Source: Owenia fusiformis (lineage: Eukaryota). From it: DNA of 64,000 nt. Of the stretch, positions 1-14,600 are shown piece by piece. The DNA is taken from the NCBI GenBank assembly GCA_903813345.2, contig CAIIXF020000001.1, positions 11,408,001 to 11,472,000 of the forward strand, given 5' to 3'. The position numbers and the translations under genes are program-made. Position 1 is the first letter of the stretch; every line of letters starts with the position of its first letter. The notes beneath the pieces are model-generated. The model was not told where the DNA came from. It saw only the letters and a list, made by a program, of their open reading frames with translations, and did not search any database.

Positions 1-3000
1 CATTGTGATATTCTTGTTAACAGATGGAAGGACAAAGAGTCTAGATGTTCAAGACAACACCTACCAAATGACCTAAATCACAGTCCGTCTTTCTGTCTCT
101 ACAATGAATGAATTAATCACATATAATAAATGTATATTGCTTTCCCTGGATGACCTGATCTAAGTCAGCATTAAAAGCAATTTCTATTCTGAGAAAATAA
201 TCTATTACTGATGAAATAGAATTTCAGCTTGGAGCATTTCTTTCGAGCCCACTCATCAATCTCAATGTTGTCTCAATATACAGAGTAGCATCTTATCTAT
301 ATTAATGATGTGATTTATCATATAAAGTGCATGTATACACATGTATTTAACCATGAACAGAAACGTGCTTCACCAAATGTAAATATTTGTTAATATAGAT
401 TGCCGTTAATGTAACTTTTTCACTATCTTTAAAATGATATATCATCTTGACTGCACATATGCCTAGTTGAAGGTAAAGCAAAGTGTTTGATCTGTATCTA
501 ATGACCTAAGAAATCAATTATACACCCATTCATGTGTTTATAGGCATTTAAGTGTTTAATGTGTACTAAATTGATTGATTATAGATGAGATTGACTCAAA
601 TCACAACATTGTAATGATGACAATAGATGTGGGCGACATGATATAGAATGAACTGGATTAAGAGGCCACTAACCTGTAATCTTTTTCAAACAATAGAGTA
701 CAAATGTTGAGGCTATACATATTTTAAGGACATAACATGATTAACACTATCTGATATTAAGAGTATAGTAAGTACATGAGACAGGAGAACAATTACTTCC
801 TATGTTATACTTTGTCTGATATTCTTAGTTTGATTGTTGTTTGACATTTCCTGCCTTGTTTATACTAAAAACTGATGAACTTGCTTGTCATGGATACTAA
901 TTAGATGTTTTGATCAAAAATATTCCTGATTAAATAAACATAAACATCACATTATTGATGGTTTACAATGCTCATTGCCCAGCCATTAAATATTGTTGCA
1001 AAATATATATTTATAGAATCTATGAGGATACAGAAATAAAAAGGAGTTAATAAATAAAAAAAAATTACGAAGCAAGAATAAAACTAAATAAATCTTACCC
1101 TGGTCATTGTATGAGTGGAGTATACAATAAATCCGTATAAAATACAATGAAATCCAAAGCTGAAGTGTAATCCGAAGCATTTCCTGATTGAGCAAATAAT
1201 ACTTGAGCAGATTTTTTATAAAATATTAATATGATTCTATCTACAGTAGGCTGTAATAGCTTTTGTCTTTAAATGTGATTCTCTATTACCCGCAGGTCCA
1301 ATATATACTGTTGATCAAAGCAGTTCACCTAATTTGAAGTGATAATCAATAGAATGTATTCCCATACGTAGGTCACCTTAACTGGCCTACCCACATCAAA
1401 CATTGCCTGAAGCCAGCCTTCACTACTTATTACTGACCTAGATATAAGGTCTCATCAGGCTAGTATACTCCAGATATCTACCCCTTATCAGTTATACTTT
1501 TTACTACATCTGCTATTCTGCTTGGCCTCAGAGGCTGCCAAGGTGTAAATACTGCTCCAGACTGTAGTAGCATTCAGCATGATCATATCATTATTTAACT
1601 CCATAAGACATAACATCTGCTATCCTTGACAGTAAAGAACATATAATAGCCGACTATTATTGCAAGCTGTTTAAGAAGGTGCTATGTGATAATAATGCAT
1701 GTATTACTGAACATGTTTCAACTGCAAGTAAAATATAATTGGTAAATCCTACACAGAATATAGAACCGACCAATCGTATTGAGCAGATACAATGAGGATT
1801 AATATTGCATCTTCTATGTAGTGATAATCAAGCTAAGGTAAAATAATACTTTCCATTAAATGCAGAAGTCAATCTGTATTGTACAGTATGAAGAACAAAA
1901 GTATGTAAAATGACTGCTCAAAGAGCAACTGTAATGGTTCAAAGACAGATGAAATTCAAAATTAAAGAGAAGAAACGTGATAACAGAACTGATGTTATAT
2001 GATACAGTATCCTTCAGCTTCATCTTTTTCAATATATCAAAAACCAAGACAATTTTATTCTCAACTGATTCAATTTGTGCAACGATAACTCCAGAATTAG
2101 CAGTGTCTATACGATAAACATCCACCTTCTTTTGAGTCCCTTTGTCTAAAGGCTTTCTAAGACAATCACCTCCCTTTACAGGAGGAAACTGAAAGATTAC
2201 ACACCAAGATGTATCAATGGTTAATAATACTGTCCTGGTATATTAATTTTTTGTTCCTTAGGAGAAAGGAAAAACTCACATATCCTAGAGGGTCTTTCCT
2301 TAACCCAATCCAATATTTCAGTAAACACTACTTTTACATTCAGAATGTGTGTATACTGAGTCACTAGAGATTGGGAGTCCAATTTCATTAATGCTCAAAT
2401 AAGACATTCAGTGTTAAGATGATAAAATACCAGAAACACTTTCCTACTTAGTAATCAACTCCCAGATCGGTTAACGGCCTCGAATGTCTTAGCATTTAAC
2501 TAGTTGTATTTTACATTGTATAATGTCAGTATGCATCAGTTACTTCTTCATGGTGCTCTGAATCCTAATTTATGGTTAATTCTTAAAAATGTCTAACACA
2601 TCCTTTAAATGGTAATGAGGAATGATGAGTATTTTGACAAGACAGAAGTGCCAAATGCCAAGTCACCTGGCCACTCATAATTGTTACCAGCTTGAGAGGG
2701 TCTACAAGAAATTTGAACTAGAGTGAACAGACAAAGAAGACCACAAGTAGCATAAACAAAGAGATTCTGATGTTAATTATAAACACACATATGTGAGCAA
2801 TATGATCTCGAAGATCATATAAATAGAAAACTAGATAAGATGCTACCAGTTTACATAATATTGCAAGGAAGAACTGATGCAAGGATCACAACTCGGTGGA
2901 ACATAGAGACATAGGCTTGACTCAAAAGTTCAAGGTTACAAGTATATATAAACTCATTGCTATATCAATGAACTGACATGTGATGTATATTCAGTTAATA

Positions 3001-6000
3001 ACTTGATAAACATAATTAAGTCAGTCAGTCAACTTTTCAATCTAAGGCTTCTAACTGTGATTTTAATAGCAGTATTACTGAATAATGGTACTACTAACAC
3101 AAGTTCAATGACATTTAATAGATCATATAACTATGTCATCGTGACCTTTTTAATTTCTTATGCATCTTTGATAAATGATATATATAATACATATACATAT
3201 AATACAAGTGATTTGGAAAATGAAAAGTGGTTGAAAGAAGCATGTTTTTGAAATGTTGCCTGTAAAAGGGATCAGCTGTGTCTCATATATTTATTCCAGT
3301 GATTAACTAACAAAACATATTTGAGGAAGTCCAACTTTTATGACAGTCATTGTCGATGATAAAAGAGTACATCATGTATGTGACAACATATTGGGATCAT
3401 CCAGTACAAGTTAAAGCATTATTTCAAGTAACGATCACTAATGTTTATGAACTGCTCATGAAACAAAAATATAGCTAATGTCTAATAGATGATGTCATTT
3501 TCGCCATCTTCGCAGTGATGTTATGCCAATCCTCTCTTTGCACATATGACCTATTTCAATTTCAAATATTTGAAAGAAAACAATTTTGTAATATCCACAA
3601 AATGAAAAATTAAGAGCCAAACCAATCATCTTATATTGACTTGACACAACAAATTTTCTTATGGTATAGATATACCTAAAAGACATGTAACATGTACTGA
3701 CAGTGTGTTTTGATTCAAGATATTTAATTCGTACCTAGCAACACATCTTAGGTTGAAGCAGCTTGACACAGACAGACAGACATCAAGCAAAAATAAAGAT
3801 AAAGATTATCCTGTCAAACATCCTAGGAGTTAACCTCTAACAGTCAAGATGCTATATCACTGATAGTTAACTTAAACAACATCTAACTTAGACCTTTCAT
3901 AGAGAAATATGCGAAATGCAGGCTTGAACTATCACTTCCTTTAAAACAAGGAAAGAGGGGGTGGGGTGATATACAAAGCCACTAAAAATGATCCCATTTT
4001 CCTGAAATGTAGGGAACTGTATCCTCAGGAGCAGTGAGAACTGAGTTTGATGAAATAAAAATTACAAACACAATGAAGATATATAGGAAGTACCTAAGCC
4101 GGATCAGTGAAAACATTCATCTGGATTTATTGCTCAGAATAATGCCAAATTGACTAGATAAAAGCACACAAATTGATGATAGAACCTGATTCAAATCCCA
4201 TCTTTAATCAGTCTACGAGAAAATTATAGTGTATAGTATTGTTAGTGTTTTACACTAACTACGATCCAAAAAAAATATCGAGGTAAATCAGTATCCATTA
4301 ACTTGTGAAATTAAATGGAATAGGAGGTGTTCCAAATATAGTAAACATGCAATGTTTGATTAATCGCATTTCACTTAAATCAATACAATAAACTCAATTT
4401 ACTTTGATTTTCAATTTTAAGGTAACTAGGCTATCAGGGTTCCATATTTATGTCTATTGATTCCAAATACCTTTGTATACTGGTAAGGTCACTTTAGTTT
4501 CAGCAAGGACGTCACTTAACATTAACAAGTACATGATTCATAATTTACGATGTATTGAACTTATTTTGTGTTTTATCAATACTTGACAAAACATTATGAT
4601 GTCAAATATAAACTAGATATTTCCAGTTAAACTTTAATTATGATGAAATATATCAAGATCTTTCTCGACTATATGTACTTGATAGATCAATTACAGGTAC
4701 ATATTTTCTTTATAAAAAACTTACCTTTAAAGGGAAATGATTCCATGTTTTTCTTTGTTCTGTAAAGGACTAAAGATATACTGCCATATCCTCCTAACCC
4801 TCTTATCCTGACAACACGTGGGTTAGGGTTATATATTAACTTTCTTTGTTTACATCAAATGCTTACTCTCACCACATGGTTATGTACATATTTGTGAAAA
4901 CAAAGGAAACCTTCAAGTACTGTTAAAAGGAAGCCACAAAATTGATTCAAACAATTGGAGATTCAAAAATTATCAAAGTTTCAAAAAACATATCCTGGTT
5001 AAAAAATAGTGGTTTTAATTGCTAGTACATTGAAACATTTCAACCTTAATCATAAATATATTGATTTATGCATATGAAATATGACATATGTTTAGCGTGT
5101 GAACACATTGATTTGACCAACCGTTTTACTTGAAACAAAGGAATAACTAATTATTATAAAATTCTTTTCAAAATGACTCATCAATATCATATAAAACCAC
5201 AAAAACGAACCTATAGAAAAAATAATGAAATCAATGTTTTAACGTGGCTTATATTATAGGAAATTAAATTCAAACAAAGAGTCTGAACAAGTTCTATATT
5301 ACCCCTATAACATTTGGTGTGTAATTATCAGACATATTAGAAATAATTGATTAGTGATATTTATTATGCATGTCACAAGGCCATGGAACATATGATATTG
5401 CCATGCCTAACACAGCTGTTTCTCCTTTGTCCACATAACCATGATAACAATAGAAATAGTACACATGTGCATGATGAAAGTAATAATTATATTTTTTGAA
5501 CTTAATTCCAAGTAATAACTCTCTGGTAGGAGACAGAATGAAACATATCTAGAAAAGTTTGAGTGTTGTGATCTGACCTTATTCCTAGTACAAGTTAATA
5601 ATATAGCATAGATAACCTTGTTTCTGATGATTTACTTGATGGATGTCATTGTCAGGATGTATACTAGGGATCTCAATTAAATCATACATTTTCAAAATGA
5701 TTTTTTTTAACTGAAGAATTTGAATGTTTTGGTCTGAGCCTCCCCCTTAAAAAAGGTTAATAAATTGATATATGTATAATAAATATTCAGTTTTATTCTT
5801 GGAAGGTACTTGGTACTGATTTTGGTCCATTTCAATATATAAAAACCAAATGAAGGTGATTTAAAAAGCAAAGCACTAATAAGCATAATTTAATGGCTAT
5901 ATCCCCATCCTTAATATAACATTACTTGTATTTGTTTATTTTGAAACTTTATCTTTAACATTGGCTATATGGAATAATATATTGTGATGAGATGTAAGCT

Positions 6001-7147
6001 CTAAACAATTCTCAGGGACTCAATTCTATTACCTTCTACAACCCTTATTCTTGTACCTCACAGGCTTACCTCAAATTCAGAGGCTATTGTGGTCTCAATA
6101 GACAAACGCTCCTTAATTTACATGAAAGACCAGAGGCAACTTGGTCAGTACAATGATATATTTTGATATACTCTTAGAACAATTTTTGAGGAATCTACTA
6201 CTGTGTCCCGAACAAGTAAATATTTTAGTCTCACAAACCTATAAGTGTCTTGTCACTAATCAACCAAATAAAGGATATATAAAATTATGTATATATGTAC
6301 TTACCTTGCATATGTTACAAAATATCTCAAATTGCTACATGATTATCTCAATACATATTCATACTGTGTCTCTTTTTTCCTCTTCCTATACAACTAATAA
6401 TCTGATAATCAACAATATATCCCTTTGCTCTGATCTATTTCACAATTTTGTTTTTTGTACTTTCTATGACTCTTATCGACTTCCTGTAGTTATATTCTGT
6501 TGACTATATACTCCTTGGTTCAAGTATTTGTTTAAATGTACATGTGATTCAACCTTACAGGGTTGAAGTGTACTTACTGACTTCGACTTGACTTTTTGTA
6601 AACAAAAATTTATAACATTTATAATTGCCTTAATAAATAACACAGATACTTACGTAAGGAAAACAACAAATACCTGGTGATAAAAACTATCTGAATAAGG
6701 ATGTGAATTGCATAAACCATAGATAATGGGAAATGCAGAACTCTCAGATCCATGCCATTTTTCTTTGTTTGTAGAGGTTCTTGAACACAAAGATGTCTGC
6801 TGGTTTTCGTGAAAACTAAATGTTATAGAGTTCTAATTTCAAAGAGAAATATGTATTTATATCATAAACATATTTAAAATGAGAAAGCAGTAGAAAGAAG
6901 GGTAAATAAATCATTATCTTACTCATGGTCTTTGTCTTGAATCATTTCATTGATCGAATTTTTTTCAATTATGTTCCACTTTTGATATCTAAATACTCAC
7001 CCTATAAGTTATTGATGGTTCACACATGACGATCACCGTTTCCCTCTAAGCCTCGCCATAATTTATGTAAAATATCTAAAATATCTGTGAAGAGGAAGTA
7101 TAGTTTTACACTCTTTCTTTGACCGAGATAAAATACCTTCTACCATA

Positions 7148-7182
7148 ACAATATGGCGGGTTCCTTTAATGATCACGTGACC
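7148..7182 (-). promoter_or_regulatory. Candidate promoter/TSS of an unidentified leftward transcript
   Basis: E-box/CLEAR-like TCACGTGAC (7173-7181), YY1-like ATATGGCGG (7151-7159), followed on the minus strand by a GT donor at 7136. Confidence 0.35.
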
Positions 7183-7796
7183 TGTACTCGTATACACTGA
7201 ACGAAATAATTATTTATTACCGGGAAATTTAAATTGACATGCCATTGTGATCTAAGAGACTAAGATTCAAGGAAAACAACACAAAAAGCCTTAAATGTAT
7301 ACATGCATTGATACATTGTGTATCAGAAACATATACAAACAAATATTTTATGATAAGCCAGATAAACAATTTCATTTAAGTAGATCAACAACTTATTCAG
7401 ATAAAGAGGTGTTATAAAGTGACGATAAATAAATCTGGTCCAAAGTCTCACAAGTCCTACTTATCAAATCACTCACATACCTATACTTTCCTTCTATTAG
7501 TAAATAGTTAACACACATCTTCAAAAATGTAATCTTTAAATATCCTCTGAGACATATTGATTTATATTTTTAATGCTAGGTTGATCAAAATTCAGTTCTG
7601 TTCTGCCATTACTCCCACCATGGACTTTAAGATCCGCGCTCCAACTCATTTCTGTTTGACTTGCAGAAAAAATTAATTAAGTATTGTACTAAGTAGGCCC
7701 AAAGACATTCAATTTTCTATCTGGCTCTGGTAAGTTTTAGCTATAGAAAAACAAGTACTTAAAAAAGAACATTAGCTGTCATATTTGCTCCTTTAA

Positions 7797-9035
7797 CCCT
7801 AATGTCAAATTGAACCTGGGGTGGATCCAGGAAATTTTGAAAATCTAAGGTCCATTTTCTTGATAATTTGGCGTAAAATTAAAAAATAAGGCCAAATATA
7901 TAGGGCCCCTAAAAAATGTTGGGCCCAAAAATTGTCTTACAACTGGGGACCCAAGCGGTAAAAGGAGGGACTCTGTCAAACAGAATGATGTACAAACAGA
8001 AGGGCAAATTTGTTTTGTTTTGTATGGAACAAGTGCAGTATGAGAGTCACAATTCTTGATTTTCAAACATCTGGAAGGTTTTAAATTCAAAGGATAGGTA
8101 TCGATATGGTGAACTGAATTCAACAATGTTTTTCTCTTAAACCAATTCTTGAAAACATTTTGTAAAAAAACACGGTCCTTTATGTAATGTTGACTGACTG
8201 ACAACAATTTAAAGCTAACATTTTTTTATATATATTTTTTATAACTGTTTTTGTTAACATTTTTTTGTTTTTTAGTGCAATTGTTTTTTGTTCCTTTCTA
8301 CCAATTCTTGACAATGAAATGAAATGTCTTTCCGAACCTTGTTGAAACAAAATAGCATATACAACATTTTCTTTCATTATTATAGTTATACAAAGGAAAT
8401 TTGGGTTGATTTAACAAAAAATATGCAAAAACTTAAAACAAAACCCCCCAAAATAGATAAAAATTAAGGAGATAAACCTTTTATTTCATCAACAAGATGC
8501 TTTTTTAAAATCAATCATTCTTTTGTTCCAATGAGGTGTAGATAGATGTTTCATTTCATTCCGAACATATGATGCCAAGAACAAAAGAAGTGTCTGATGT
8601 GTTTTCTAAAACAATATAGAAAAAAGGATATATATACAATTCAAATTATAATGTTACCATCCAAAAGATGGCCATTTAATTGACTGGTTTAAGAGAAATG
8701 CATGTTCAAAAAGTTCACCATATCGATACCACTCCTTTATGGTGTTTTGTATATAGTTGGACTCTCCTGTTGTAGCTGATCTTGAAAAAAATTGTGAATT
8801 TGAAGCAAGTTGAAAAATACCTTTTTGACCTTTTTTTACCTTGAGAAGGTCATTGGAGGTCGAATCTGAAATCTAAACTCATATTTGAACTTCTGAGAAC
8901 TTGTAGATGACTTTGAAAAAATTGAAGTCAGTCTAAACAGTATTTGTGAAGTTATTGGAAGTGGAAGAATTAGTTACATGACATACACAGGTGGTGGTGA
9001 AATAACAAATTGCATTTGCATCCAACCACATTGGG
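7797..9035. mobile_element. Degenerate piggyBac-like non-autonomous DNA element
   Basis: TTAA|CCCTAATGT ... ACATTGGG|TTAA termini; internal perfect 19-bp inverted pair GGTATCGATATGGTGAACT (~8097) / AGTTCACCATATCGATACC (~8712). Confidence 0.45.
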
Positions 9036-11425
9036 TTAATATTTTTAATTTATGATGATAATAAACTGACAAAATCAATAGTCTTAGGATACAAATCTTT
9101 TCTAAAAATAACGAAACTTAATTTTTTTAAATCATCACCTCATTAGCAGTATGACTATGACAAGTTCTAAAATTGAAAAATCTTCTAGCACAATTTTTAA
9201 AAAAAGACAATAAATTATTTTTTGCTTGGACATTTTTTCAGCGTTCAATAATTACTGAAAAGAAGGTTTATGCACAACTCATTGATTGCTATGTGTAAGT
9301 TATATATCATTATGAATTAGCCCATTAATAGCCCATTAAGGTAGTTGTTTACTGTCTATAGATGGCTCCAGGTATAGCAGTGATGATTTGACGAGTGTTC
9401 AGCTTAAGGACATTAAATTTCTTTAATCATTAAGCTTTTCATGACCTATTAATATTATTAAAGATCAGCAATTTTAATTCAGAGAAATCCTAAATATTAC
9501 TTCACCTATTGGGTCAAAAGTTTTTTCTTTCTAATGTATGCTTTTTCAAATAAACACCAGACCTACAACTCTGGTACTGAATTACTTTTTTTTTAACTAT
9601 ATTTTCATCTGTATTGCATATCTATCTCATGCATCATGCACATAGGGATAATAAGCCATATGTTTATGCAGGTCAAATGGTAAGTGTTGAATGGTTGTCA
9701 AGGTGACGATTCATGATGCAGACTGACACAAACAGAAGTGACAACTTGACCCTTGCAAAAGTTTCTTTGAAAATACATTCTTTTAAGGTACAGTATTTCA
9801 TATATTTAAGTGATATTGTATAAAATATTTTTTTGCAATGTGTGAAATGAATTTAAGCCAGAGACTCGATGCATTGTGGCTGATTCATTCCACTCTGGTG
9901 TTGTTTCCTGAACTTAAAACTCGATGCTACACATCTTGTGCAAAGTTTGAAACAACACCTTAAAATAGTGATCCGTCCACGATGCTTAGAGTCCAGGGTT
10001 TAAATCCTTCAAAGTTTGAACTTTGACTATCAATGCACAGTACATGTAATAATATTCTATATTTTTATAGATCTTTTATTTTTCTTTATGAAAATATTTC
10101 TTTAAAACATGTGGACATGATGAAAGTGCATAGCAATGTTTTTCCAAATAGTATATGTAGACTTTCATGAAGCCAGTATACACAGTAAATATTTCACATG
10201 AGCTCCTTCATCAGGCATTTTGATTCATGATCCTTCTTGGACTACTTCTCTTCAAGACACAGTCAGGGCGCACTAGAATACACTATTAAGGTCTAAAATC
10301 CAAAAATTTCCAGGGAGCATGCCCCCGGACCCACTAGTTTTGTTACACTACATTACAGAATTGTTGTACTCTAAAAACCCTGAGTGAAATTTGAAATGAA
10401 TACCCTGTCAATGTACCAGATATCATGACATTGACCCCAAATGTCCTCAGGGTTTTCTCAACATAATGACATTAGCAATCACCATGATCAATGGAATCAT
10501 TCAATCAAAGAAGTAAACATTTCCAATTTTCCAATAACATATCTCAAGTATCATTATCACAATCAGGCATGCAATATTTGAATAATGAATATAAAGCAAG
10601 GTCTGAATGTTTTTATTGGATGCACTAGATGACTTGGAGTTGAAGTACTCACTACTGAATTCAAGACATAGGCTCATTTTTGTCCGCATATCGGAAAATA
10701 TATCCTTCAAAAATTCCTCTGAATGATTATAAACACTGGCTTCAAAATGATGGAGAAAAAAGTTATAAAGTATTTAGTAAAGTACTGTATGAAGTCTTTC
10801 TCAAAAATATTTTGTATCATATCATATGTAAGTATCATTTGGTATAAAATGGAATTCAGAAAAACTGATTCACCTGTTCATTATTGATCTTATTACATGA
10901 ATTAATTAATGAATAAAAACTCCTGTATCTGGAGTATATTGGACATTTCAAAGCATGAGAGCATGCGCTAGTCCATACACATTATGCACAAGGGTAGAGC
11001 CTGAGTACATTATCAGAATGGGTTAGTACATGCATGAATGCTTTTAAATCCAATAAAAAAAATTATACAGGGTTCCATGTTGCAATTTAAATACACTATC
11101 ACTCTTTTATAAAAAAAATGACAATGTCCAATTTTTTTATGAAACCATAATGCACTGTGAGGATGTTACTCTTTTACCAATAATGTCACTGCTCAGTTCA
11201 TTATGAAACCACAATGCACTATAAAATGATATTTCTGCTCAGTTGACCATATACATGTACCTTCATTTATGTCCTTCAATTAATACACTGAAATACTCTA
11301 AGATGATTGGCCGAGAGACATATAATGACTACAAGCAATGCACTGTCTGACTGTGTATAAGTGTCTCCAATCTTCAGTATTCATATTCCTGAGTTTTAAT
11401 GCTTATTGGTACGTAAGGATCTCCT

Positions 11426-11679
11426 TCATTTCTTCTTAGTCTTTGCTATTTTTGCTTTTACAGCAGCATCATCAGCTCTCGTTTGTTTATCCTTTTTTGT
11501 TTTTGTATTTTTGCTTCCTTTTGTCTTTCCACCTGAATTACCTGAATTGTCTGTAGATTCAGGCGCGCTTGTGTTATTTGCGTCATTGTTAGTGTTGAAA
11601 TGAGTATTAAACTGGGACATCAGTTTTTCTTGCTTTTCTTCTACAAACTCTCGTCTGTTCCATAGTAAGATGTTGAAAC
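11426..11679 (-). CDS. DDB2: DDB2 terminal coding exon with basic low-complexity tail
   Basis: tttcag|GT; (G)FNILLWNRR matches the DDB2 C-terminal GYHILIW strand; phase fits the preceding exon; TGA at 11426-11428. Confidence 0.88.
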
Positions 11680-14600
11680 CTGAAATTATATTATTTGCAT
11701 AATTAAACAATATTATATAACTGTTATATGATACTATATTACTGAAAACTAGAAAATGACACCAAATATTTTAATTCCTTCATTCACAAAACCAACAATG
11801 TGAACAATGTGGTATACATGAAGGTTTACCTTATGAGAACTTCTCATAGCTTTTATCATTTTTTGTCATATTTTGGTGGTCATTTTTGATTTAGTTGCAA
11901 AAGTAGGTCAAATTACAAAAGTACATCATATTACAAATATGTCATAGATAAATAATACTCTAATACATCCCAAATAATACAATATGCGGATAACTCAGAA
12001 TAAGCACACCATGAAGGACATCCATTAAAACAATTTGCAAAATCTAGAGCCGAAAGCTGAAAGTCGCTTTACAATGTCAATACAAAGTCTGTGTAAAGAC
12101 TCTTTGGACACCCAGTATATATTATCACACCTATGACATCATAATCAGATACACTAAAATCCAAGTATTCTAAATAATCAACAGTAGTGGTTTAATCCAA
12201 AATGTATATAACAACATCATAGTACAGGGGACCAACTCAAACCTCAATTGTAACCTTTGCTACCTTACAGAGTTCATTCAAGCATCGTAGCACCACTTTT
12301 AAATTAGTCATTTTGACATAACCTTTAGGAAACTCATGGGAGGTAGGGACTTGGGCTTACGGCTAGGCTCGAAATTTTACTTACTTAGGCAAAAGTAATT
12401 TGACATGTTCCAAGTTGTCAGAGTCCTTGATGTCTAAATATGAAACTTGTCACTACTTCCTGATAGTAGACAGAGCTGTGGAACACATAATGAAGTTATT
12501 TTTTCTTTCTGATAGAATTTTTTTAAAAAGAATAGTGAGGTTAAAATTCTGACCAAGGTAATTGCTTTGGTTGCATTCAATATCGCTGCCTAAATTCAAC
12601 GATGAATGTTTAGATACAATAGGGGTATTGATTATTCTATTAGTATAGGCATTAAGTTAAAAATCTGGGTATTAATTTGGCTACAAACTGACAAAATATT
12701 AATGTTTTGGCTTATAAATTATCTGTGTATTAATAAGTGTGACTAGAGTAAGAATACATATACTATAGTATTTTGGTCTGTTTTGGTTAAATATAGCACA
12801 TCAGATGGTAAAAGGATTACAGTGGTACAGGAAAATACATTACATTCTAAACCAACTCAAACCAACGACACAAACATTCACAATCAAACCAACAAGCTGA
12901 TCTTCTCAAACAACAAAATCAACGACAGAATATACAGCACAACCTGAGAGCAAGATGAACCAGGAATTCAAGCATAATAATGGACCCTGGAACACAGATA
13001 CTTGTGCCACTTTGATACTTCCATGAGCAATGTTTAAGAAGTCTTCTGGATTATCATTTGATATAGGTACTGTATACAAAACACCCAGTTCATTTGTGTT
13101 AAAATATTAAAATTTTATATATATATATATATTATATCTTTTTTTGTACTGTAATTAAAGGTATGGAATATGATAAATTATTATTTCATATATGAAGATT
13201 ATGAATTGTCACTGAAAACATTTTTGTTAAATCCGAATCAATTTTTCTGTGTGTTGATCAATCAAACCTGAAGATTAAGGAGGCTATTAAGCAATAAAGG
13301 ACAAAAGTGAAATTTATTTGGAATATATATAATATTATACGCTCATATTCTAGATGCAAAACTTTGTAGATTCAACATGTCAGAAAAACATCAAATTACA
13401 AGAGGCCATACATTTTATTAACATGTTATCAAAAATATACAAATGTTTTACATCTTGAAACATGAATATATTTTTCAATAACATATATTGCACTGCAGTA
13501 TTTAATTGCTTATGTTTTAGGTTTGATTGACGCAAATGATGCATTTCATTAATTTACATTATCATATCTTCATTAATGTATATTATCAAATCTTCATTAT
13601 TAATTTACATTACCATACACATTTCCTCCTACATATGTTATTATCTTAATGCAGTTGGTCCTTTGATTGCTCATTTTTTTGGTTTTATGACGCAGAGAAT
13701 GATCTTCGTTAATTTATACTGTACACCTACACTTCCTCAAAAAATCAAAATAAGCTGTTTTTCATGAAATATACCATTATATATTTGGCTATGTCTGCCA
13801 TGTTCAGATAACTTCAGTACTCCACATGTGGTTGTATTGTATGTATTTAATATTATCAGGGTTGAAATATATGAAAATCATTCTAATTTGTAACACCCTC
13901 CCAAGGGACAAGCAAGTATACCCAATAAGGAGCATACAGGGCATAAATATCAAAATTAATATGCCAGAAGGGTCGGCCTCTCCAATTTGCATTCTCCAAA
14001 CATACTTAACTCTTCTTAATTCTCCTAAGAAGGAAGGAACTTAGTGGATGATGTCTGGAGTCCTGTGTTTGGAGGATGTCCAATTTGTATGATATCTCTC
14101 CCCACAGGAATATAAATACTCCCCCCCCCTTTTCCAAATCTTAGAAGTATTACCAGAGTTGGGGTGTACTAGTATTAAGAGGGGACATCTTATCTCATGT
14201 TTAATTCATTAAACACATATTATGATTTTGCAGGAAATAGCCAGGCTAAGTTTATAGTACTATGACACCACTAAAGAAAAGACAATTATTTACATTAATG
14301 CTATATACACAGACAAATATTTAGATAAGTAATCTTTAATGTCATGACAACAGTTAATATAAAGGCGTAAAAGTGAACATAAATAACATTCTCATAACAA
14401 GTGAATATAATATTCTATATTTGGCTTTACCCATCTCAATTCAACAAGGAGGGGTACAAAATATCATAGAACTCAATCAATTTATTGCATATACATGGTG
14501 ACCCAAAAAATGCAACCCCCATTATTTTTCTTATTAGAAGGTTGATTGCTTTGAAATTTGGCACACAATGACTTCATTCAATGTGGGATCCTCAGGCAAA

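Noticed and set aside
11406-11603. 65-aa hydrophobic plus-strand ORF
   Set aside because: Antisense shadow of the K-rich DDB2 last exon.
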